A DNA stretch of 64,000 nucleotides from Dicyema japonicum. Its lineage: Eukaryota; Animalia; Dicyemida. The number at the start of each line of letters is the position of its first letter. The stretch's first letter is position 1. A program made the position numbers and the translations under genes. The notes beneath the pieces were generated by a model that was given only the letters and a program-made list of their open reading frames with translations, was not told the DNA's origin and made no database searches. Below, in pieces: positions 35,916-48,830 of this stretch. The stretch is taken from NCBI GenBank assembly GCA_011109175.1, contig RDEW01000042.1:68504-132503 (forward strand), read 5' to 3'.

Positions 35916-37559
35916 ATAAAACTGATGGGGACATAATGTCTAGGGCCCTATTTCCTCGTCATTTGTAGCGGTTTCAGACTGATGAAGAATTGATGAAGCA
36001 TATATATATCGTGGTTGCTGTTAAAATCTCAGGATGTCGTGAAGTAGTTCGGAAAAGGATAATCTATCTAAGAGACATTCCTATAGATTGCTGTACATTT
36101 AAAAAAATAGATAGAGAATTTTATAGGAATGAACATGTGTTGACTAATTATGAGTAGTCTTTAATTGTCATATTAAAAAAATTCTTTGAAGTCACACTGA
36201 ATAAGTTATCTAGACAATGTTTCTATCTTCATGTTAAAGATCTATACTCGATGATTCGATCGAAGATCTTACTCGTGAGGTGATGAGTCTATCAGACAAG
36301 AAACAATTGTTGAACGGAATCGTGTGGTGATGAGTCCTTCAGGCAAGAAACAATTGTTGAATGAAATCCTCCCACCTTCTTCCTGAGTAAATCCACAGGA
36401 TTCTAACCTGTCCTTTCATCAGAACTGAGTTTCCGATGTCTTCCGAGTCCATCACCTCGTTCATGGCTACAAGAAGAGGAAGACAAAGGTTTTCATCATT
36501 GAGTGCAATAGAGTACGTCACCACATCAACATTCCGGTTTATTAAGCACTCAGTGAACTTCCGACTACAAAAAAACATCGAAGGTCACCAAAGCGATTTC
36601 GGTTACTTTGGGAATCTTCTATTTTTTATCCGTTAATTCTGTTTTCGCACGATTTCCCAAATCAAGAAAACTAAGATTTTTCTGCAAAAATATATTTGGA
36701 AGTTGTAAAGATGACTTTAATCAAATATATAATTGGAGACTAAATTTTTAAAATAATGGAAGCACTTAAGAATTTTGTAATCAATTGGTCAGGAGGTTGA
36801 GATGGTGATGTAGCCAATAACTTCCCCTTGCCTCATTTGATCGTCGAATGTGTGGTTCTTTCATTTAAAGAAATCTGAAAGTGATAGCTCGCCACTCGTC
36901 TTATAGTCTTTACCAAAAGAACTATTTGGTAGTTGCTTGGTAAGGAAGGTTGCGTCCGTTCGCTACGAAAGTCGCCAGTTTCTTCACGAGCAAGAACCGG
37001 TTCCCCTTTACTACGTTTGAAAGGACATATGTAAGCGATTTATTCACAAGTTAAATAAATTAATCGAAAGTATCAAACTGGAAGTACTAAGACTTCTCCT
37101 AACAGCCAATTTTGGGAATTCGAAAAAACTGGCAGTTAAGAGGAGTTGGCGGTTAGAAGAGTAATAAAAAAAATTTATTTTATGGTAAACCAATTATCAA
37201 GTGTGTTGTTAACCCCATTTCCTTTCTTCAACACTTTTTAAATTTAATTTAACCTCTCCATTGAATTTAAATCAAACGATTCAGGCTTTTTAAAATAATT
37301 TAATATTTGAAGAGCCGAATAACATTCTTAGTTACTTTTACCATATTAATACCGTCTGTCTCTTCAACCTCCAATATATCTACAAGATTTTAAGAATAAC
37401 CAAGATTTAAGTATTTTTAAAAGATTATTTTCTTCCTCAAATTCTATATTCAAAAAATCCACTTCTACTATGGGATCTAATAAATTGGACCTTAAAGCAA
37501 AATCATTATAACTCTCAACGTTGTCCATTATTAGCGGGTCTATTTATTGCATCATTTGC

Positions 37560-38200
37560 GTGATAGAACATAATGGTGCTAGGCAGTTTTTTCCAGGCAA
37601 AGCTCAAATATACATTATCATAAAGCACAACGTCTTGCCATTGGAAATGACAAAACCAGTGCAGTACCAAACATTAATCTTTTAGTTAATTTTCTCACTT
37701 TCCACGATCCTGAGCCAAATCACTCAAGTAATCATACCACCAGCTATAAATAGGAGTGCGGAGTCGGCCAATTCTAAATATAAATCTGATAAATCTGAGT
37801 AGAAGTCATCAAATAGAGCCGGATCTTTGTTAATCCAACCACTGTGAGGTGCGTATACATTGATAATGGAGACAATGTCAGTGCTTGCTTTGGCATTCAT
37901 AAACTTTCATTTGTGGAATTCCGATGCGGTCATTAACTGCCCATACTCTGTAGATATGGGGGAGAAATTTCATTTTGATGGCAAAACCCAGTCCATAGTG
38001 CCTGTTGACAGTCGGGAGAAAGATCAATTTGAATTTACCACATGTTTCTTCGTGGTTATCTTGGATTTTTGGTTTCCTGTAGGCAACCGATTGCGACATC
38101 ATAATTATGTAGGTCTTGACAGAGGGAGGTCCTTTTCCAAGAAGAGGTTAGGCCTCGGACGTTGAATGAGAGCAGCGAGAATTTTTCCAAAAGATAAGGT
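37560..38200 (-). mobile_element. RTE-type LINE APE endonuclease relic
   Basis: FNVRGL...KRTSLCQDL...CLQETK, GLGFAI, NDRI, VYAPH...DDFYSDL...FIAG. Confidence 0.85.
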
Positions 38201-39419
38201 TCGTACTTTTTAGACATGTTAATAATTTATTAGAGCCACGTCACCAGCTCAACCAAATATACATGGTATCTTTAATTTCAGATTTTCGTATGTTTGTCCG
38301 ATTCGATTTGTTCAATTACACAATCAAGTTTCTGTTGGTAAACTGCGTTTACCAATTTAAATATTCATTTGCCAAGTGGTTGCAATAAATTTGTTACGTT
38401 TTGTTGTGAATGCTTTATATTTTTTAAAATAAATTTTTAATGATTAGCTTTATATTTTTTAAAAATAAATTTTAATGAACTATTTTTAAAGTTGGCGGTT
38501 AAGAAAATTGTGGGTAGGAGGAGTTTGCTGTATGATTTAGGGATTTTCGGTAAAATTTGGCGGTTAGAAGGATTTGGCGGTAAAAAAATTGACAATTAGA
38601 AGTAGTTTACTGTATATAACAAACTTAATATAAAAGAAGAAATGATCACTTCTTTATAACCCCACTGATTTTAGGGAATGCGACTGCTATAGCTATGAGG
38701 ACTATTTATATGATATTATTACAAAAGATTAATGCCATACGCTCGTCCTGGACTATATCAGTCGATTTCCTTGGAAGTCGAAGTGGTATTTATTCTGAAA
38801 GACTATGAATGTTGATACGAAGGACCAAATTATTGACTGCTTTCAAAATTCGCCAGGTGGATTGATTTTTGACGTTTAGAAGTGGAATTACCCAAGCTTC
38901 AAATGGAACTACTCTCAATTTGGGGTGATAAAAAATATTTTTTGCCGACGGCGGAAGGTGGAATCTAGAATCTTTCTTCTATGATAAGTCAAGTGTAAAG
39001 ATAACTCGATAGTTCTAAGGGAAATAATCAAATGTATTTGTCAACAAAATTAAAGGTAAAATATGATGGAACCTGTCACTTGGGAGCCGACTATGATCTA
39101 CAAAAGTTTCTGTGATATACACGTGTCTAGATTCCAATTTATTAACAAGAATCTAGTCTAAAATTTATTTCGTGGACATGTGAAGGTTCTAATTTTCATC
39201 AAATATAGACGGATTTCGATCCCAGACATTATCGATCTGATGGTCCCTTGTTTCTTAAGTTCGGAAATCAAAAATCATTTGAGTCCATCAATAAGGACAA
39301 GAGGGTATATACAAATTAAGGAGATGAGTACACTAAGTGTACCAGAGCTGAGTCATAGGCCCAACCTAATGAACAGTATTATCATTATTAATAAGCCAAG
39401 AGACACTAATTAAAAGGAA

Positions 39420-39900
39420 AACACCATCAGGTGATTCTCTCAGCAATAATCTCATCTCTTCCCGCGTTGCTCTCGGAACCGACACATTTTCGATAACACC
39501 GTTCTTCTGGCGGTTTTCCATTTTGGGTGAATATGCCACCGGAATTCTTCACAAGGAACTCAAATGGGATTGCCCTTATTGTTAGTCCTGTGATTTGAGA
39601 GATTATTTTGCTTATATTGGATTCGCCGAGTTGATCTTATCCATGTTTATTTTGGCATGCTATGTTCCCAAAGCTGCACATCCATAACTTATAGTTGGCT
39701 CTATGAAATGAGTTTATAACGTGGATAATGACCGGTTTGAAGATCCTTTAAATTTTGAACGAGCACCTTCACGAATTTAAGCTTTCGTGTCGAAGCAATC
39801 ATTACGCTTGACACATGTGTGCTGAAGGTCATGTGGGTGTCAAATGTTACTCACAGGATCTTAGCTTTTTCTTATTTGGGATTAGTTCACCATTCAAAAA
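39420..39900 (-). mobile_element. I-group LINE 3' part
   Basis: VTFDTHMTFSTHV...EPTISYGCAA; the end is homologous to 9480-9600. Confidence 0.8.
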
Positions 39901-40100
39901 TAGATCAGCGGAATAACTTAATAGCATTCTATTTGACGTAAAAAAAGAGGTAAAGACTTATCTGTGGACGTTGAAATTAGAATTTTTCAACCACTCTATT
40001 AAATTTTTCATTAAAATAATCCAAAAATTTTTTTAAATTTTCTGGCTATAATTTTTTAAAAAGATATATTCAAATTTTTAATTTAATTAATAAATGTTAG

Positions 40101-40365
40101 ACTGTTGTGCAGTGTAACGAGCGCCTGGCAAGAGGCCTGATGCGCCTATTTCGAATCTCGTTTCTGTACATTCCGACTGAAGGCTCCACGTATCTACCAT
40201 GCTTCGGCTTAACGAGTGACGTCATCATCTGTGAACATCTCATTGCGGAACCGGATCATCTGCAAAAGGACTCACATCCTACATAAAGAAAACAGAAGTG
40301 AAGATCATTCCTTGGTTCTCCTCAGTTATGATAACTGTTCTTTACTTAAATGAGGTGTGTGTCTT
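40101..40365 (+). mobile_element. SINE family 1, copy f
   Basis: TTCGAATCTCG, core and AAGTGAAGATCATTCCTTGGTTCTCC. Confidence 0.8.
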
Positions 40366-40449
40366 GCCTGGGAATAGTTAATATGGCTCTTAATAAAGTG
40401 CAGTATTATTATTTATATATGTTAGACAGTTATCTTTGTGATCTATCTG

Positions 40450-40800
40450 GAACCTGTTCTTCGGGATCTGAGGCCAAAAATTAGTCCTACTTCTATTTGG
40501 GATTACTACATGCAGATGGCGTGGATTTTGTTTCTGATGACATCAATGATATCATAGTTGCTCTTAATCAGCTCCTGGGGCATTTGCGAGTGGTTCCTGA
40601 AAATGAACGAACAAAAGACTGAGTTCATTACAGTCAAACGAGAAAGTAAAGTTACTGACGAGATATGGAGGAGAGCAATTGTTTGGCGACTTGGAAGATG
40701 TTGTCAATAATTAGAAACTAAAATCGACATAGTTGAGGTAAGTGAATGTATCAAGACCAGTAAAATTACGACTATATACCAAGGGTTGCACAAACGATGG
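40450..40800 (+). mobile_element. RTE-type RT fragment
   Basis: LLHADGVDF...WFLKMNEQKTEF...WRRA. Confidence 0.65.
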
Positions 40801-41229
40801 GAGAATATAACTTCCAGAAGGTATTTTATGTAGTTAACCACCTCTTACAATATTTGGCAAACTCAGCACAGACTTTCACAACTAATTAATCCAAGGAAGG
40901 AACCCAAGGGATATCTTGACGATATCCATCCTCCAATAGTTGAGGCTTCCGAAGATAGGCGAAGTATGTTCATTTACCACTTTTCATCACATGTCCGGCC
41001 TTCCTGACATCACTCCAATCTTAGGTAATCTTCACCAATGGATTTGGTCAGGGAGAAGGTAGGAGGATCCTTTCATGTCAGGATTAAAAGAATCCCAAAT
41101 AGAGAGTGGTAAACATTCATTAATGTCGAAAGTCAATTAACAGTTTTTTTAAATAAAAATTACTAATTATTTCTAATATTCAGGGGATACAAAAAAGGTT
41201 GAGAAACACTGGTCTTAATATAATCCCGA

Positions 41230-42147
41230 CTAACTAGCAACCAACCTAAATAAAGGCTCAGCATTCAAGGTATTTGAACACAGAACTGAATATAAACAGA
41301 GTTGCCACCCAAAAATCATGAGACTTGGATAAACAGACAATAAAAAAAGCTGTCTATATTCACCTAGCAAAGGATTATGAGAAAGAATCGGCCTTGAAGA
41401 ACTAAACATGGTTACTGATCTTGCCAAACAACAGAAGGACATATGAAAGCAATATCCGAACACAAGTGCCGACACAAAAAATAAAATTGTGGCAGGAAAG
41501 AGCAAGTATCAAAAAATTGATGAGATATAGGCACTTAAAAACCAGATAAGAAAAATTGAATACCTCAAAGGCAAGAGGAAGTTTCGTGAGGCTACTGGAA
41601 ACTCAGAGGCAACCTAAGAAAACCATTAGTAACTATATGAGAAGATCAAGGCAAACAGATCCCAGAACAGTCAGAATTTGCTGAGCTCATTTATGATAAA
41701 TTATTCTGATCATTCAAAAAAGATGTTTGTATACAACCATGGAAATATGAGTGCTACTTCATGAAGAGGAAAACTTACAGAGAAAGTATCCACCAAGAAG
41801 TTCAAATAGTTAGCATAAAATTTAAGAACAACATGGGACCCTGACAGACTAAATGGGAATTTTCTCAAATATGGAACCCATAAGTTTTACGGACACATTT
41901 TCAGATACTTGATGCATAGGGATGGTTTCAACGGCACAAAAAATTGACGTGACAACGTCAATCATTGGAATTGACATGTAAAGATTTTTGATTCCGTGTA
42001 TAGGAAAAAAACTATCAAAAACCCTGATGGATTTCTTGACAGTTTTACAATTCAGATGGTCAGAGTGCTCTTGACTAACACAAATCTATCTGTGAAGGTC
42101 GGGGGCGTCTTTTCATAGTCCTTTAGACGACGATGAGTAACCTCCCC
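41230..42147 (+). mobile_element. RTE-type LINE relic (linker plus RT N-half)
   Basis: FTIQMVRVLLTNTNLSVKVGGVFS, truncated near the GVPQG position. Confidence 0.6.
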
Positions 42148-42385
42148 TAATAGACCATACAACCTGAATGGTAGGGATAGTGGCTTATTTCAGGGTTGTT
42201 GAGGCTAGCACTATTGATCCTAGATGGCTACTGGGACTTGCTCCAAAGTTATTCCAGTTTTCTAACCCGACTAAGCTGAGGGATGCAAAAACACAACAGA
42301 AATTACCCCCCTTGATAATAAATTTGAGTTCATGGATGAATTGAAAATCACTCATGCGTATCCGAAATACAGAACTAAAGTCACT
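42148..42385 (+). pseudogene. DHX8: Second, C-terminal-only DHX8/PRP22 pseudogene fragment
   Basis: Homologous to 34730-34965 (NR..QPEW^VV, IDPRWL, APKLFQF), with the same 23-nt intron at 42171-42193. Confidence 0.85.
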
Positions 42386-43689
42386 TTTTAGACAATTATG
42401 TGTTCAATTTCTTAATTTTAATTATTACTCTCCCGTCATTCTCACCTTTATCACTGCTTGACCAATTCTAATAATCTGCAGGATTTCTAACACTGTAGTC
42501 GGTGACTACGTGCTCTTCTCCTGTATCCTACATCGAGAGATCGAAATCTCGTTCACTTGATAATAAGCAGATACTTGATTCTCTTTTCCTGTTCCTTCTC
42601 GGACTCGTGAAACGCGGTGAAAAATTCAATATGGCTTGGTTCTCTATACAGAGAAGCATCGCATGCCAATCTAGACGAAATTGGAGGACTTTGGATAAGT
42701 CTGATGAAGGACAAGTTAGTTTAACGAGAGATATCTCAGAATAATAAAGTTTAGGAAAATCTCCGATTTGTCCCGAGAACAGACCTCATCGAGAAGGGGA
42801 TAGTGAAATTTAACATAAAAACAAGCAATTGAAAAAAGTTAAATAATCCTTATTATTAATAACAACCACATACAGCATCAAACATATAGTAATTTTCCCC
42901 CAATGCACATGACCGGGAGTCGAATTCAAAATCAGTAAGGATCAAGCCTATAGAAATGATAGACTCTTCATTCAATCCACACACGTTAGAAAGATAAAGC
43001 TGAAGGAAGGAATTTATAATAAGGCGTTCCTTCCTTCAAGTGATCTTTCAATTTTTATTTCTTTTAAATTCTTATTTTATAATCTCGTTTAGCATCAAGT
43101 TTAAGTCTGGCTTACTTATTGAAGGATTACCGCTTTAAGAGAAAGAAAGAGTCCTCAACTATGTGATCCAATTCCCAAGGTCAGAGTTGGACTCATCAAT
43201 TACAATCATCACGTCCATCCGTATCCGACATTGTGGGAACCCTCCAATGTAGTGAGGAAGAAAAAAATTCTTTTTGTTTGTCGAACAGGTACTGAGTGTC
43301 TTGACGAACAGATGGAAAGAAGATTAATAAAAATCAATTCTTGTAGAGAAGGGCCCAAAAGATTTGGTCTCTTACAATCATCTTATTTTTGACCTAAAAC
43401 TTTGTAAATATCGATAGAATCAGTTAATGGAGTTGTTTAATGATAGGTCCTCCGATTTAGACATAAATAATGTCACGAAATATTCAAAATCAGAAAAAAA
43501 AGTCAGATAAATTTAGATCTAATCGCTATCTAATAGTGGACGAACTCTCATCCTGTAAAAAGTTAACTGTCAGCTAATCCCAATCCCTTTCTCCACATGC
43601 AAGTCGACTCTATTCCATAATAATATTAAACAAATATAAATATAGATTACACAACAATTATTGTGAAATGTATTATTTAAAAAAACTGT

Positions 43690-44410
43690 AATAATTACCT
43701 GAATATGTACACCACGGTAAAAATGGGTTAGTGTTAAACCAAAACTAACTTTTAATTTCTTTATTTTAATTATCACGTTATCCTGATGCCTTCCGCCAAA
43801 ATCCTAATTCTTTCACGGTGCTCCTCCCTAGTACCTAAACAAGCACGTACTGGGCGGCTGACTGTATTTGCAGGGCCACCTTCCCGCATGCAGGAGTTTT
43901 GTTTAATGAGGGCCTCCAGAGTAGTCGGTCCGGTTCTGTGTCTCCCACAAGACCACCGCTCCGTCATTCTGAAAGTCTTCTTTTGAACGTCTCGATTTTC
44001 TTAGTGTTCGTCCATGATAATGAAGGTCCCCACGAAGCATACGCGTACGAGAAGCATGGTTCGATGTATTGCTTGTAAATGTTCATCAAGACCGGGTGGG
44101 TACCTGTCTTCCATATTCCAGATAAACATTTTAATACATTGATCCTCTTCTCGCACTTCAGAACAATGTTTGCCACGTGTGGTGACAAACATAAGTGCGT
44201 ATCCAGTGTCACGCCCAGGATCTTCTGACATTTACTGAAAGGGATTTCATCGTCGTCCAATTTTAACTTGACAGTCATCTTCCCCAACCTTTTGTCTGAA
44301 GTAAACATGGACGTGACCGACTTTCTGAATTTTATCGTGAGTCGGTTTTTTATTACCCAGGCGGTCCAGGTTTTTTTTAACAAGGTTTTTGATTTTTGTA
44401 TGTAAAATAT
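43690..44410 (-). mobile_element. I-group LINE 3' part
   Basis: QKILGVTLDTHLCLSPHV...YKQYIEPCFSYAYASWGP...EEHRERIRILAEGIRIT*. Confidence 0.9.
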
Positions 44411-47034
44411 CAACCGACATTATAAACTAGTTAATTTGTCATGTTAAATTTATATTAAAATTATTAACATATCGGCCTTACAACGGAAAGTAATTCCTGA
44501 CCATAGGTTCGTACATTAATGGTTGATGATGATAAATCAACCAACATTATAATGATTAAAATTGAATAATTTAAAAATATATTTAAATTGTGAACATTCC
44601 CCGTATTAATGAATGTAACTCCTAAGTAATCGGTCCCACATTAATTGCAAATTGATAATGAGAGAACCAAAGACCTTTAAATAGAAAATAACAGGCATAA
44701 TGAAATGTTAACTAATTAAAGTAATATTTACATGTAGTCAATAGTGGAACCTCAGTCGCAACATTAAATGTCATATAGAATGATATTAGCACGTTACAAT
44801 TATAAATATAAGTTTATTATTTGAGTGATATTAAACATGTTGAATATATAAATTCAACGGAAAATAGTGGAGGTTCACATGATAAATGTAGAAGGTCCTA
44901 ACGAGTCTTCTCTATTTGTACTTAATGACGGTAATTGATCCGCTACGAAATTGCTGATCTAAACATAGACAATTGAAGGCTGCATCTTAAAAACAACCAC
45001 AGACAATTTATATAAATAACCATCGACATTTGAATGTTATGTATTTCTGGCATTCTAAATATATTGAAGCAATTAATGTTTAAATATCGAGTTTGTAGTA
45101 ATTACACAGTAATTACTTTACAGGACTCAAACAACAAATGGTTGATATTACAAATCTACGCAAATATAACAAGGTTTCTGACTTTTTTGTAAAATATTAA
45201 CCGAGGTTTTATTAAGAAAATAGTATTAAATTTATATAAAGTATAACGTATCGGCCTTACGACGAGAATTATGAAGGTAATTCTTGATAAAAGGCTAGGA
45301 CATTAAGAGTTGATAAATCGACAGACATTATAGTTGATTTATGCTATAAAATTTTGTATGTAATTATTACAATTTACTAATATGCCGGGAATTATGATGT
45401 AATTACTCTTACATGTTGGTATATAAAACCACCCGACATTGATTATTTATAAAAATGTATTAATTTAATTATTTTGAAGTTGTATTATAAATTTTGAGCA
45501 TACGTCATCCATAAATTTACTCGAGAATAATTTGATATTGATGAGTTCTAATAATAATTGATTTTATCCATCAGTTTTATCTACCAGTCCGTGAACGGAT
45601 GCTGGCTCTTCCTTCCATAGCGACCATCTAATTGATTGAACAGTAATAGACATTGTGAGTTAGTGCAGTACAGTTGTACGCCAAAATATATTTATATTCT
45701 TTAGAATGTTGATTAGTCCACGTTTCTCGTGTTTGTTACTTTAATTAAATTAATATTGATTGGTATAATTGAATTGTGAATCCATTTAATTTTTGTTCGA
45801 AAAACCAAAGTTTATTTAAACTAAAAAATCAACAGTTAACAATTGATGGCTGCTTTCATAATTAAGAACGCATTCCCTTGACGATTTGCAAGGAGATGCG
45901 CTCAATAAGCCAGCTAATTTTCCCTCTTATCGTTTTTCGAGAGAGTTGATCTTGTTTAGCAGGGTAAGTGACCTGCTTCCAATGATTCCTGTCGTTTCTA
46001 CTGCCATTGGTTCGAAGATGAATTTTCCTCCAAGACATGCGTATTTTTTATCTTTATATCCATTTAATTGATAATTAGTGGATATTGTTTTAACTAAGTT
46101 TTATGGATGTACATTGAATGTATAAATATCTCATCTAACAGGTTTTGGAAAGTATGTCTATAGAACAAATTAATTGATGAATTTTTAAGCAGCTAATTAT
46201 AATATAGATGTGCAACAATAATGTAAGAAATTTACATTAAGGGTGAAACAAGAATTCTTAAGATTTAAATGGCTATCCAGAGTGTCCCGAACAATAATCA
46301 AAAATTAGCCCTGAGGACGAACAGCTAGCACTTGTAAATGTGGAGGATAGGCATCCTATTTGTGATGTTTCTACATGTTTTTGGGGTTCTAAGGCATAGA
46401 AGTATCCAAATTTATTTAGCAAAAACTGCTTACTTTTTCAATTGCTATCTGTGCAGGTAATGTTGGATCTGACAGGTAAGTTTACAATCAGCGTTGATGG
46501 AAGAAAGGAAAGCCGACCATTTTCCTGTGTGGAAGAAGAGAGCCAAGAAATATGGAATCTTAACCAGTGATGTTAATTTTCTTGCGAGAAAAGCAGATCT
46601 CGTTGATAGCGATTGAGAAATATTGTCTTTCAAGCATGTCACTTTTATAATGTCACATTCGCAAGGATTTGACTGTAGTAAAGTCCAGGAGAGTGTTAAC
46701 CTCACTTCTATCGTCACAGTTTTCCATTCTCATCCAGTAATAGGTACTACAAATGAAAAAAATACATATACTACGGAAGATTTAAAATTACTTACAAGGT
46801 GAATAGTGAAGGTCCTGACGTGTATCCTTGATGAACACCGTTCTGAACATGAGAGATTGCTAATAAATCCTAATTAATAAGTAAAAGATGAGAAGAAATG
46901 TGCAGTAGGAAACAGTGTTGTGAACCTCTGCTAGGGATTATTAAATGGGAAAATGGTCGAAAATTTGCACCAAAACTAACAAATGTATTCTTCCATGTTT
47001 GTTTCTTTATATACTAATATGTTTTCTATATTAT

Positions 47035-47580
47035 TTATTTAAACACCTCAGACCACGGTAAAAATTGAAACTAACTATCACGTGATCCCCATATGTTCGA
47101 ATAAAGTCCTCATCTTGCCCGATCCCACACATGTACGTTGCCTTGAGTCATCCCAGAATCTAGCCGCATGAGGGCTTCCAGCGGAGTCGGTCTGATCCAT
47201 GTTCCCTACGAGTCCATCGCTCCTGTAATTCTGAACGCCCTCTTAAGCATTTCCTACACTTTTCTTTCATTTGTATATAGATGGAGGGTCCCACGAAGCA
47301 CATGCATATGAGATATATGGCTCGATTTACTGCTTGTATATGTTCTTCAGTACTGTGTGGGTACCGACTTTCCATATTCCAGATAAGGTCTTTAGAATAT
47401 TTATTTATTTTATTAACCCAGAAATCACGAGAAATAGCATAAAAGTTATCGTCTATTTAAGTGATCCCGGTGTCCATACCGGTCTGCAGTACTCATCAGC
47501 TTTCCATACGTTCCACGCTCTCTCATCGGGACCTAGACGATGCTGTATGCCGGAATTTTTGTAAAGATTTGCTAGTGTCA
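47035..47580 (-). mobile_element. Two adjacent I-group LINE 3' ends
   Basis: YKQ*IEPYISYACASWDP at 47070-47400 and a second GGGATCAC end with tail at 47400-47580. Confidence 0.75.
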
Positions 47581-47890
47581 TCTAACCGTCATCGACGTAC
47601 CTTTTTTTGTCGGCAGCGTTTTCCGAGAGCGGTACCTGGCTCAACGCCATTTCCAATGGAGTTTTGGGTACCTTTTGGATGATGAATGCGTCCGTATTGG
47701 AATCTCATTACGACTGGAATTAAAATTCTGTTTTCCACATACGTGCGATGCGGAGACCAGATCAACTATATTGGTCTACACCCTCTCTCCTGCAGGCAGA
47801 TTTCCCAGACACATGGAATTGAACGAAGTCGTTAGGAGAGCTTTAGACGCCACCGGACATCCCTGCATGCTTTAACCAGTCGGCCTTAAA
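47580..47890 (+). mobile_element. CRE-like non-LTR element fragment
   Basis: ESGTWLNAI...GTFLDDECVRIGISLRL...GLHPLS; homologous to 50215-51030. Confidence 0.8.
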
Positions 47891-48339
47891 AGTAGAGTGG
47901 TTGCAGTGGTTATTCGGTTGGTGTTCATTGGTTCGTTTCTGATTCTGATTAGCAAAGTTTTTTATAAAGAAAAACCTCATAAGAGGCACAAAAAATAGAT
48001 ATTCATTGATATCCCTACACACGGAAATCTTTAGTAAAAGGCGAAAGATTTATGCGATATGTGTAGAAAACAGAACAAATTTTTATTTTTAGAGTCGAGC
48101 TGAATTTATACTACATTATGATTTGATCTATTATTACTGAATGCTTTAAGATAAAGATATATTATCATAAAACCTATTTTGAATAAATATTATTTTATTA
48201 GCTGTATTAAATAATTATTATAAATTCTTAATTATACATGATTTTTATGTTCTTTCGTAATCCTTTACAATCAATTCTGATTTGAAAGACTCAAATTCCT
48301 ACTACGATGCGATTACGCTTAAAAAATAGATTTATCCGA

Positions 48340-48830
48340 CCAGTCCTCATGTACACCGCAGGTACTTGTGGAACATCAAAGAAAGACATTGAACAACTCG
48401 AGTCGTTTCACAGAGGAAACTAAGAAAATTCCTTGGATACTCTAAATTCTCAAACAATAAATTGTACAGACTGACTGATCGTGGACCAATAAGTCCGAAC
48501 GTAGTTGAAGCCCGCTGGCGCCTTTTTGGACATATTCTACGGATAGGTGAACAAAGAACAGTCAATGCCGTCGTGGAAGAATTTTTCGGTCATACTGAAT
48601 CTTGTCATTCAGAGGACGTCTAAGAAGTTGTCTTCCAACAATACCAGCGGATGATTATGCAGTGATCGGGGGCAGACTGATGGATGCAGACGATCTAAGA
48701 AATCAGGGGACGAACACGACAACGAAATGGATGGAGAAGACTAACGGAAAGAATAATCGAAAAACATTATACAAGCGAAACCATAAACAGTGTTTACTGG
48801 TAACGCGGATGTACTTAAACTAACTAACTC
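48340..48830 (+). mobile_element. RTE-type LINE 3' end
   Basis: ARWRLFGHILRI...FRGRLRSCLPTI, ending in (ACTA)n. Confidence 0.85.

Noticed and set aside
36279-36365. Tandem about 47-bp duplication resembling a hammerhead (GTGATGAGTC..GAC-AA-GAAAC)
   Set aside because: C3 is replaced by G, there are two extra A before GAAA, and stem I cannot form. Best read as a simple local duplication.
29890-41211. Unpaired hAT TIR ends near 29909 and 41211 as one element
   Set aside because: Both are right-hand ends in the same orientation with different flanks, so they cannot bound a single element.
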